In this document: in pieces, positions 1 to 10,888 of the stretch
Layout: every line of letters begins with the position of its first letter
How positions within the stretch are numbered: position 1 is the first letter of the stretch
Assembly (NCBI GenBank): GCA_002269645.1
Contig: NIVC01003100.1
Location: 34,821 to 92,225, forward strand
DNA: 57,405 nucleotides
From: Macrostomum lignano
Taxonomy: Eukaryota
Direction of reading: 5' to 3'
Made by a program: the position numbers and the translations under genes
The notes under the pieces: model-generated
What the model was told of the DNA's origin: nothing
The model's database searches: none
Seen by the model: only the letters and a program-made list of their open reading frames with translations

Positions 1-532
1 TATCAAAAAATGAACACTGGGTCTGCCTGCTATCGAAAGCAATAACAATTTTTTGTGCTGAAAAAATGATGACTTCCTATCTCCATAGTGTATTTTTCGG
101 CGAAAACCCGCCTGCCTATTAATAATAATAAAAAAAACAATATTTGATTACACCTGCCCAATTAAGCCTGATGTGCAGCCGACAGCTCAGCCGCAGCTAT
201 TGCGCGGCGCATCTGAAGGCTGCGTACGGCTGTTCAGTCCAAGGACTGGGAGGGTGGGGGGTCGCCGCACACCCTCAGTTACCCTCGCTGAGTGCTGAGC
301 CCCAAGCCGAGAAGTCGATTTTACAGCTGGGTGAACTGAAGCAATGCAGAGTAAAAATGTCCTGCTCAAGGGCACAAATTGTTCCAGTGGATCGGGAATC
401 GAACCCCCGACCTTCAAGTCGTGAGTCCGACGCTCTAACCACTAGGCTACAAGTACAGCCCCCTAATAGGGTGAGTAGCCTGCTTAACTTTTCTAAGAAA
501 CGCAGTTTCCCGTCCTACTTGAGTAGTCCTTG
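1..532. mobile_element. Right arm and terminus of a foldback non-autonomous DNA transposon (same family as 48979-49670), interrupted by a SINE; lies in the presumed intron 1 of sacsin-like copy 1
   Basis: 1-117 matches 49505-49620 (tatcaaaa..tgaacactgg.tctgcctgctatc..aagcaata..aattttt.gtgctgaaaaaatga). 490-532 (ttttctaagaaacgcagtttcccgtcctacttgagtagtccttg) matches the terminus at 49625-49670. Confidence 0.8.
119..463 (-). mobile_element. tRNA-derived SINE with conserved central domain and (TTA)n tail
   Basis: The minus strand reads ...GTAGCCTAGTGGTTAGAGCG (A box) ...GGGGTTCGATTCCCG (B box), then GTGCCCTTGAGCAGGACATTTTTACTCTGCATTGCTTCAGTTCACCCAGCTGTAAAAT, which resembles central domains of V/Meta/Nin-type SINEs. 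It ends in a TTATTATTATT tail near 119-130. Confidence 0.75.
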
Positions 533-1193
533 ACATTGGACTGGTGCCAGTTTCCCGTCCTACTTGAGTAGTCCTTGATATTGGACTGGGTGCCAGTTTC
601 CCGTCCTACTTGAGTAGTCCTTGACATTGGACTGGGTGCCAGTGTCCCGTCCTACTTGGGTAGTCCTTGATATTGAACTGGGTGCCAGTTTCCCGTCCTA
701 CTTGGGTAGTCCTTGATATTGGACTGGGTGCCAGTGTCCCGTCCTACTTGAGTAGTCCTTGATATTGGACTGGGTGCCAGTGTCCCGTCCTACTTGAGTA
801 GTCCTTGATATTGGACTGGGTGCCAGTGTCCCGTCCTACTTGGGTAGTCCTTGATATTGGACTGGGTGCCAGTTTCCCGTCCTACTTGAGTAGTCCTTGA
901 TATTGGACTGGGTGCCAGTGTCCCGTCCTACTTGGGTAGTCCTTGATATTGGACTGGGTGCCAGTTTCCCGTCCTACTTGGGTAGTCCTTGATATTGGAC
1001 TGGGTGCCAGTGTCCCGTCCTACTTGAGTAGTCCTTGATATTGGACTGGGTGCCAGTTTCCCGTCCTACTTGAGTAGTCCTTGACATTGGACTGGGTGCC
1101 AGTTTCCCGTCCTACTTGAGTAGTCCTTGATATTGGACTGGGTGCCAGTTTCCCGTCCTACTTGAGTAGTCCTTGATATTGGACTGGGTGCCA
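505..1193. repeat. Minisatellite, 46-bp unit x15
   Basis: Unit gtttcccgtcctacttgagtagtccttgatattggactgggtgcca is repeated contiguously; 689 bp = 15 units with one 1-nt deletion. No spacers. Confidence 0.97.
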
Positions 1194-1463
1194 TTGCAAA
1201 TAGCACACGCAAACACTAAAAATTATGTTCTTCAAGTTTCTATTTCAATTAATCCAGATCATTTAAGTCCCGATTCACAAAAAATCACAACTCACTCAAT
1301 CGCGATTCTCCAAATTCTACTCAACCAATCACTTTTGATCTCGTGTCATCCCAAAAAGTTTGTTAAGTCCCAGCTCACCAAATGTGAGAAACATCTCAGG
1401 TAAATAAATTCCGACAAAGCTGACTGCTGGGTGTTCCGCCCCCTCGCCCTACCTGCCTCTCAG

Positions 1464-4400
1464 GGCCCCTGCCTCTGGGCGCACAACGACGCGCAGTTTA
1501 CTGACGACGACTTCAAGAACCTGCTGAGCCTTGGCGGCGCCACCAAGGAGGCGCAGGCGGCGAAGGTGGGCAAATTCGGCCTCGGATTCAACGCCGTCTA
1601 CAACCTGACGGATGTGCCGGCCGTCCTCAGCGGCTGCCAGCTGCAGCTGCTTGACCCGCACGGCGAGAAGCGTGGCCGCGGCTTCCTGGAGGAGGTGAGA
1701 AGCTTTGGTGGGGGGGGGATTCTGAGCAGCTCTGCCAGCGCCTTCCCAGTGAAGGCACTTAAAAGGTACCAAGGTGTACTGTTATGGAATTTTTACCTGT
1801 ATTTTCACCACCAGGCCTTAGTGTCACCTCCGGCTTTTCAATGGAAGCTTTCACCCCAATGTGCTTTACTGGCTAGGATATTTGACCCCCCTGGCTACAG
1901 TATTTGACCCCCTCTGGCTACGGTATTTGACCCCCAACTGTACTTCACTGGCATTTCCCCATGTCCTTAGTTTCACTCCAATCCTGAACCTCTACCGTCC
2001 TTCAGGGCGTCCAAAGCGCAGCTTAATCTTCCGACCAGTTTTCGTTGGTTGATATACGCTCGTAGTTATTATTTTAATGGTCTCCCATTGTTAAATAAAT
2101 GAATGCTACATTTTCTATTGACCCTTACTTCGTCAGATCTACCGCAAATACCGCAAGTGCGACACCGGCCTCAGGCTGAACTTCTCCAAGGAGGCCGGGC
2201 GCCGCATGCTCGCCAAGTATCCGCATCAGTTCGCGCCCTACACCGGCGTCATGGGCTGCGGCCCGGACCTCGGAGCCGAGCCCTACCCGGCACGCTCATC
2301 CGACTGCCGCTGCGGACTCAGGAGCAGGCCGGCGAGTCGCAGATCTGCCAACGGGCCTACAGCGAGCAGGAGATGCGCGACCTGCTTGACAAGACGGCTC
2401 AGCAAGCCCGCCACTTGCTGCTGTTCACCCAGTCCGTGTCCAGCTTCCGGCTGCTGCATCTGCGCGATGGCTTGGACGGCTCGCTGCAGACCGACACGCT
2501 GCTCAAAGTGAGTCGCAGCCTGATTAAGTGCATTCGGCCGTTGCCGGGCACAAGCGATCTGCGGATCTGCGCTCCCAGACGCGTGTACTGGCCGCTGCGG
2601 CCGAATATCTGGCGGGTGACAACGGCGGCGCTGTCGATGGAAGTTTCGCTGGGCAGCTGAAGCTGCACATCGACGTGCAGATAAACGAGACGGAAGCGAA
2701 GCGGTTGGCATCGACACGAACGTCGCTATAACCGCCTCGGACAACTGGCTGGTGAGCGTAGCTCTGGGCTCGGCGAGTCGCTGGAGATGTCGCGTCAACG
2801 CGAGGGACTCAGCCTCCCCGTCGCCAGTGTCGCCATTCGCCTGTCGGCTGGCGGCACCGCGATTGAGCCGGTGAATCGCGGCGTCGCCTTCTGCTTTCTG
2901 CCGCTGCCCATCGAGTCGCCGCTGCTGTTCCACGTAAACGCCGCCTTCGCAGTCACGTCCAGCCGACGCTACCTGGAGGAGGCCACCATGGACGAAGCCG
3001 AGGGCCGCTGGCACCCAGGTCGCTGGAACGCCGCCCTGCTGCGCGAAGCCGCCTGCGCCGCGCTGGTGTCTGCGCTCGAGCGACTCACTGCCGAAAACAT
3101 CACGGGCGCGCCTTCGATCTGGCCGCTGCTAGAGGCCAACAACGGTGTCTGGCATCCTCTGATTGAGAGTTTCTACAGGACTGTCTTCACCGAAAGTGAT
3201 CGCGCTCCAAGCATCTTCTTCACCTCGGTGGGCTGGCGGCCGCTGGCTCAAGTTGTTTCTCTCGACGAATCGGCGCTGGGTGCCGCCGCATTGGGCTTTG
3301 AAGCTGCCAATGTTGTGCGCCGTCTGGCCCGATCACTGGTTCCGGCCGGCTCCGGCCTGGCTGAAGGCTTAGCGTCCAGCGTTCAAGCCGCTGCAGTGCG
3401 CCTCAACCTGCTTGGACACAGACTCTGGTCGGGTGAAGTCTTTGTAGCCAATTTTCTGGAACAACTTAACAGTCTGTGGGATTCGTCTGATGATGAGCGT
3501 CATTTGTGCTCCGAGTTTCTTAAATTTTTGCTTAAAAATCTGAGTAGGGAAGACATCGCACCACAGGACCCAACAGTTTGGCTCATGTCGGAGGCATCAG
3601 GAGCATGCTTAAATCTAGCACTTCCTGCCTGACCATCAAATCGGCTTTGCCGAGTAAGCGATCTGCTGGATCCGGACTGCGCTGCAGCTGCTCTGTATTT
3701 CCCAACTGACTCTGTATTTCCTAGAACAGACTTCAAAGAGGACTACAGTCTACGACCTGTCCTAATTTCTCTTGGACTTCAGTCTCAAATTCCATTTGAC
3801 CATGTTCTTGAACGAGCTAATACCGTGTCAGCACTGAGCCAAGAAAATCGCCTGGAGGACGCTTTGAAGAGGGCGCGATCTCTGATGAAGTATCTCGATC
3901 TAAACCGGACTGAATTTCAAGATCGCCTTCGTGAGCTGGCCAGCGTTGAATTTCTTCCAGCCAAGCGGAAGCCCGACGACTGCAGCCTGCACTGGCGCTC
4001 GGATGACTACCCCGTTACTCAGCTGTTCGCACCGGAAGTTCTATTCGAGTCTAAACAAGAGACATTGGTTCTCTCTGTCAGTTAGTTCTGGACAGCTGTG
4101 TACTTTCAGATACCAATTATTCAGCCTTGAATAAAAGCATTGGGGTACAAAAGGAAGTACCTCGCGAAATTGCTTGGGAACAGCTGCGTAGGGCGACGCA
4201 AACGTTTAGCATCGACAGTCGTCCTGTTTGCCTGGATGTGTATGAACATTTCTCTAAGCTTCTAATCAATAATCCTAAACTGGCCGATGAGATAAAGCTT
4301 GAATTCGAAGGTCTCAGCTCACCAGCAATAGTGTACTCGGATACTGGCTACTTAAAACCACACCAGGTGTCTCTGAGTTTGAAAGATCGAGAATGTCCGC

Positions 4401-7400
4401 CTTACCTGTATCGCCTGCCGTCTGACTTAGAGGGGGCTATTTTAGTCATGAAAAGTATCTGCCGTTTCTTAAAGCGATTGGCGTTCTCGAAGAATTTGAC
4501 TGCACCACCTACTGCAGAGTGCTTGAAGAAATACACGAGAACAAAAGTGGATCCGCTCTGACGGATAGTGAGAGAAAGAGTTGCATTGAGCTGCTAACGC
4601 GGCTGAGTGAGCTTAGCGAGCTGCCCGAGCCATCTGAAATTTTCGCTCCAGATCATGAAGGCTTCCTAGTCCGATGCTCTCACCTTTGTTTTGGCAGCGT
4701 GAAGTGGCTCAGCAAAGTCGATAAGCTGCGCTTCGCTCACAAAGACTTGGCGTACGGCGTTTGTGAGAAGTTGCGAATCCCTGATCAGAGAGTTCAAACT
4801 CTGAGAAAACATCACGTGCCGCTGCCGTTCGGCCAAAAAGAAGAGCTCACTACTCGACTCAAAGGAATTCTTCAAGGCTATCCTCTGGGCATCGAGATCT
4901 TCAAGGAGCTCGTTCAGAACGCGGATGACGCCGGTGCTACTAGGCTGCACTTCATCAACGATCGTCGCAATCTCGGAACAGAGAAGGTGCTGAGCGACGA
5001 GTGGAAAGCGCTACAGGGACCGGCGCTTGTAGTTGTCAATGACACGACGTTCAATGATGAAGACATCGAAGGAATTCAGAAGCTTGGTGTCGGATCCAAA
5101 GGAAGCCAGCCCTGGAAAACGGGGCAGTACGGCATAGGGTTCAATTGTGTCTATCACGTGACGGATGTGCCGATGTTTCTCTCTGATAATCGGGTCCTGT
5201 GCGTGATGGACCCCCACTGCAGGCACATGCCGCATGCCAACACAGAAAGTCCAGGCGGAATGTACAAAGATGAAGGTCTTGACGAAGTGAGGGACGATTT
5301 TCGTGACGTTTTTGATGGATTCAAAATTACCAATGAGACCGACCGGCTCCACTGTCTTTAGACTGCCTCTCAGAACTTTGGAAACGGCGCGCCTGTCTGA
5401 GATTTTCCCGGCTGCAAAACCTTTGAATTCTGATGACATCTGCAAACTATTTAAAGAGTTTGCTGAAGATTTGTCGGAAATCTTACTGTTTTTGAGCAGC
5501 GTCAAGACTATTCAACTCTCTGAACTGGGCACTGATGGCAAGCTGACCAAAGTTTTTGAAACAAGCTCGACTATATCGGACCCATCGGCCTGCATTCGAT
5601 TCAGAGGCGAGTGTCAGAAAATCGGCAGGCAGCTGGTTCAGAAAGATTTTGACCCGAAGCTCTTGCAATTGTGCACGCAGGAAGTGTATGAGGCTACGAT
5701 CTCTACCCATAACAGCTTTTCACAAGAACCTGACTCCACCAGCAGTAAGTGGATTGTAGCCCAGCAACTCGGTTGCCAGCTGACTCAGCGAGCGTCATTC
5801 CCAGCAAAGACCAGAGCAAGCTTGGCTATGCTGTTTCCAATGGCGAGTGGAAGGCACTTCCGAAGGTAGGAGTGGCAGCGCGGCTTGATCAGAGCAAAAA
5901 GTTCCACCGAGAACACCGCGTGTTCAACCTGCTGCCGCTTCCCCTGACAACCGATCTGCCTGTTCACATCAACGGCCACTTTGCCCTTGACCCGTCTCGC
6001 CGCAGCCTGTGGGAGGCTCATTCTAGCGATGCCTCTGCCGAATGGAACAATCTGCTAGTGAGCACTGCTCTTCCTGTGTGCTACGCAACTCTTCTGGAGG
6101 CGGCGACGCAGCGTCTACCTCTTGAAGATCCAATCGAAAGTGATGGTAATTCATCACCCTTTGAACATTATTACCGTTTGTTTCCAGAGGCAAAGGATGA
6201 GAAACCCGGCAAGTCCCACTGGAACACAATGGCGATTAAATTCTACCAAAATGTATTTAAAAACCAGCGCAGAATTTTTCCTGTCGTTGACCTGACTAAT
6301 CAGAGCATGATTAGCTGGCTCCCTCTTGCTCAAAGCCCTCAGTCAGTAGATGGGGAGTCCGCCTTTCTGCAAGAGGATTTGTCTGAAGATGTATCGGAAG
6401 TTTTGCAACGTCTGGGCCTGCCTCTCATCGTCAGAGGGCGTCGCTTTACGGATTGCATGAAAAGCAGCGGGCTGAGCTATGTTCCCAATGCGAATCCGGA
6501 CAATATAATCAACTACTTGAAGGGAGTCCGCTGCTCGGCGTTGCGCGACTCTCTTCCAATTCAGGTCGAGCTGACTCCATTTGCCGGAGTACTGGGAGTC
6601 GAGACTTTGATGCACTACTTGCTCACCAATCTGTCTCCTGAGGAGCAAACCGACACTAAAGACTCTGAAAGGGACTCTGCTGAGATTCGGTATGGCCTCG
6701 CTAATCAGCACACCATTGAATCTTACCGCTGATGGAATGCTTCGAATTTTCAGAACGGAGAATCTTTCATTTCTCACAGAATACGTGCGACTGATACCAG
6801 CCAAATCTACCGACTTGCTTTCGCAGTTCTGCCACAAAAATATTCAAGAGGTTTTTAAGCCCCCGCCACCGCCACCTTCAACCTCGCTTCCCGTTGGATA
6901 TTTTTCAAGGCCCAACCGCTGTCCCAGTGCTCACAAATCCGGCCTGTACCGCAAATTCAGCATTGCTGAGTTCCGCCGTTGTCTTGGCAACTTCTTGTCT
7001 GCCTGCTGCTCTGATAACGGCCCGTGCATTCCGCTAGCTAACATTGAGACTCAGCTGAGGGGCTTAAAATTTGCAGACTGGATTCAAGATGTCTGGAAAT
7101 TCCTCTCAGAGGAGTACGAGATTGTACGCAAAACGTATGATAGCGTTGCTGCGGAAAATTATAAAGTCAACCGCAGGCATTATTCTCAGAAACCACCTGA
7201 AATCAAAGATGTTCTAGCTCCTGTGTCCGACGCAGCCCTAGTGCCAGCCAGCTTTGAGTGGGCATGGGAGAAACGCATTTCATGCTGGAGTTGGCTGTAT
7301 AAAATATCGCATGTGTCTTCAGTGTACCACAAGTCTTCACCAAAACCGTACGATTTGGAAGAGAAAATTGAAGAGGCTCTTTGTCAGCTAAAGGCTCCAC

Positions 7401-10400
7401 TTTTAACAATCTATAACAGTAAATTGATCAAACTAGTAGGGAAATTGGAGGAGCCCTACTCAATGCTTGCTGTGCTACGCTACGCACTTAACGAAAATCC
7501 TCACCAACCGCGCCATTTGCCTTCTGCTGACATGGCGAACAGCTTCGCCTGCTTTGTTCAGCAACATCAAGGTGCAATGGAGCAGGTGATTGGCCGCAGA
7601 GACTTGATTAGTGAGCTGCAGCGTCTACCGATTTTTGTAACTCTCAGTGGCGAGTGCGTTGCGCTTGAGAACTTAAGCCCCAGAATTCTACCGGCCGACT
7701 TGGTGTCTGAGGAGATGCACCTGTGGAGACGAGCAGCCCAGTTCGTCTTCTTAAGAAAGAACTTTCAGCTGGAGAAATTGCATCGCCTAATGGGATGCAA
7801 GGAACTAAGCGAATTTGCAGCCAATGTTGACTTTATTTTACCGGTTTTCGACAATTTCTCAAACCATACAAAGCAGGCTCAGCTGCAGAAACTGAAGTCA
7901 CTCGCTTGGGATTTTCAGAGCTTGCGCCGTCGCAATCCTAGTGAAAGTCGCTCGTTTGAAGACGCGCTGAAGAACGCCAGAATTGTTCCGTTTCAGCAGT
8001 CCTGGTGCAGAGCCAGCAACTTTTTCGACCATCGCGTCGACATTTTTCGAGAATTCTGTTCGTCAGAGGAGTTCCTACCATTCCAATTTCAGCAAGATGA
8101 CATGCTCACACTGATGGAGCTGGCAGGTCTGGTAACTGAGTGCTCACCCGATATGGTGCTGCGGTTCGCTAACGATATCGCCAATCTGCCACTCGACTTG
8201 GCTCGAAACAAATCGGAGACTCTACTGAAGTTTGTAGCTAGCCAAAGCTTCGAGCAGCATCGCACAGAAGCATTCCTGTCTCAAATTGCCAGAATATCAT
8301 TCATTGTGCCGGATGTGAAGCCTGAGCTGCAACAGCTGTGCGACAAGGGCTATGTACAGTTTTCTTCACTTGAAAATTGTGTAATCCCGGAGAACGTGTA
8401 CATCTGTTGGACAGTTCTTCCTGTGGCTCCTGCTTTCATCGAAGAACTGGGTTGCTTCAGAAAGTACCTGCAGGAGAAGCCCCAGATGGACAAGTTTTTC
8501 TCGCATTTGAAGAACCTGATCGGATCTCGTCAGTTCCGCAACGCTGGTCTGGCGGACAGTTTTAAGCAAGTCAGAGGCAAGGTGATGCACAAAGTTTACT
8601 CATTCATGAGTTCACTCGATCAGGCAGCTTCAAAGCACTACCTGAATGCTCTAAGAGATTCACCGTGCATTCTCGTCGACAACGGTTCGAGATTTGCTCA
8701 GCCATGCCAAGTCACTCTGACCGAAAGGGATGAGATCCCACCGTTTCTCTTTGCCTGCCCTTCTGGCTTCTTGCAGTACAGCGAGCTTTTTCTAAAACTC
8801 GGAGTAACACGGCAGCCGAGCATTGAGCAGGCTGCGATGGTGCTGCATCTAATCAAGAGCGCTGCCAAGGATGATTTTTTGCCAGTCGTCCTGTTGGAAC
8901 CCACAGCAAAATGCATTCGCCTGTTGCTATCGCTTCTCCATCAGCAGGGTGCATTTCCAACCGGCATTCGCCTGTGCCTGCCAACATCAGTCAGCACGGA
9001 GGAGGAGACCAACAAGAGCTACAAGCTGGTCGAGGCAAGCCAGGTGGTGATCAATGACGCAGTGGCCTATTTCGAACGTTTGGGGGATGCAACGCTGTCC
9101 GGAATTCAGTTCCTGGATCTGGAATTCTGCGGAATCAGCGCAGATCAGCAGCGAACTCTCGAGCGCCGCCTGAGCAAAGATCTCCGGGTTCCAAGACTGT
9201 CCGAACTCGTCGAGGAACATCTGGTGTCCGATGAGTGTCCCGAGTGCTCCGCTGGCGAGGCTGGTTGCCAGGTGTGTGCTGAATTTTCGAAGAAGCTTAG
9301 CAGCTCAGATTTTCGCAGCGGACTCGCAAGCGTTATCGTTTCCGATTCAATGGACGCAAACATTGAGAGCACATTCAAATCGGTCAATGGAATATTTGAA
9401 GACTTTCGAATCGCTTGCAAGCAGAAATTGGTTACTGTGCTGGTAATAAATGGCACAGAGATCGACGCATCCAAGAGGCGAAGAAAGTTTTTGCTAAAAG
9501 ACGGTGCGATCTACATGAACCATCTCGACCGCTTGCCTGAGGGCGATGATCGGAACTTTTGGCTCAAGGAACTGATGGGAGCTGTGCACGGTCTGTTGGA
9601 GCCAAGCTTCAGCCTCACCTCACAACAAACATCGAGACTGCAGTTCATGATGATGCTTGGAGATTTCAGAAATATTCCCCAGATGCTGCAAGAAGAAAAC
9701 ATTCGCTTTTATGGCCTGAGCGATGACTCGAAGGATATGTGGCATGGAGTTGAGCTGGGAAGTCCGGTAAGTCCGATGGACGCATTGAAACTCGAGCCGT
9801 TGGGCTTGACGCACCTGCAGCCAGACGACGTGGTAGCGTTTGCGGATCCCGAGGCCGGAGGGTCGCTGATCTACGCCCGAATCGTCGAGTCACATGGCTC
9901 AGTCGATCCCAAAAGCGATGAAGGCGAGTCTGACAGCGGCGAGTGGAGCCTCGAGTTCACCATAGACTGCGGTCGTCAGCGCGGCCGAAAAGTGCGGGCG
10001 TCGGCGGCACTGCTGCAAGCTTTTGGAAAGATCGAGAATGAATTGGAGTTGCATGAGAACAATAGCGGCTGGGAACTCAGGATGGAGCAGCAGATTCACA
10101 AAGCGGCTCGCTTATCCGATAATTTCGAACGGAAAGCCGCCACACAACGGATTCTCGAAGCCTGCGATTCAAACCGCTTCGACGAGGAGCAGCAGCCGGA
10201 TCCCGAAGCGATTCGGCGGGTGCAGAGTCTCGCTCAAGAGCAGCTGAGGGGCAGTCTGTCTAACGATGATTGGGAGATGATGAGCGGAAATGCTGCCAGG
10301 GCTGCTCGACGCTATCGATCGGCGCGAGCTGAAAGTCGCATGAATGGCGACTTCGGCTTCGGTGGCGGTGGCGGCGGTGACGGTGGCGGTTTGGGTGGCG

Positions 10401-10888
10401 CCTTTTGTGGGGCCTTTAACAGCGCCAGGACGGGTGGCGGAGGTGGCGGCGGTTTAGGCGGACCTGGGTGCATTCCTCCGTCGCCAGGTGAGGCGCAGCG
10501 CTATCTAAAAACGGCCCAAGGTGACGCGGAGGCGGCCGTGGCCACGGCGACTGGAGCGGGCGCTGAACGAGCCTGCTGGGCCTGCTACCAGAGCTGGCAG
10601 GCCGCCGAGAAGGCGATGAAGGCCGTCGTGCTTGCCGAGAATCGACCGGCTGAGCGGAGTCACAACATTTTGAGCCACCTGCTTCTGGTTGGCGATGAGG
10701 AGCTGCGAGACCAGCTGGAGCCGCTGGTGCACGAGCTGCTGGCTGTACTTCACCGGGACCCGCGCTATCCGCGTGGTGGCGCCACGCCTTACGACGCGTT
10801 CCGCGCCGAGCACGCGCGACAGGCCAGTGAGGCGGCGGCCGGCATTCTGCGACTGGTGGAGGCGGCCGTGAGCGATGCCACCGTTTGA
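1464..10888 (+). pseudogene. SACS-like: Sacsin-like gene copy 1 (exon 1464-1694, exon 2137-10888; first exon upstream of the window). Frameshifted as assembled, possibly intact in vivo
   Basis: Acceptor cag|GGC at 1464, donor GAG|gtgag at 1695, acceptor cag|ATC at 2137. SRR motifs: KVGKFGLGFNAVYNLTDVP, GTLIRLPLRT, FGQKEELTTRLKGILQGYP..KELVQNADDAGAT, KTGQYGIGFNCVYHVTDVP, LPVHINGHFALDPSRRSLW. HEPN: EAQRYL..WACYQSWQAAEKAMKA..SHNI..PRYP. About 12 small deletions relative to copy 3 between 2288 and 6690; 6692-10888 is open. Confidence 0.9.

Noticed and set aside
385-463. tRNA gene on the minus strand
   Set aside because: It has A and B boxes but no proper acceptor stem, and it continues into a SINE body and tail.
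505-1193. CRISPR-like array (46-bp repeats with internal hairpins ctact/agtag and agtcc/ggact)
   Set aside because: Units are contiguous with no unique spacers, there are no cas genes, the context is eukaryotic and intronic, and the unit is explained by TE terminus plus flank.
10640-10670. R-x5-H (RPAERSH) as a catalytic HEPN RNase motif
   Set aside because: The spacing fits, but it lies at the conserved H of the early loop rather than where the Rx4-6H motif of active HEPN RNases normally sits. RNase activity cannot be claimed from sequence.
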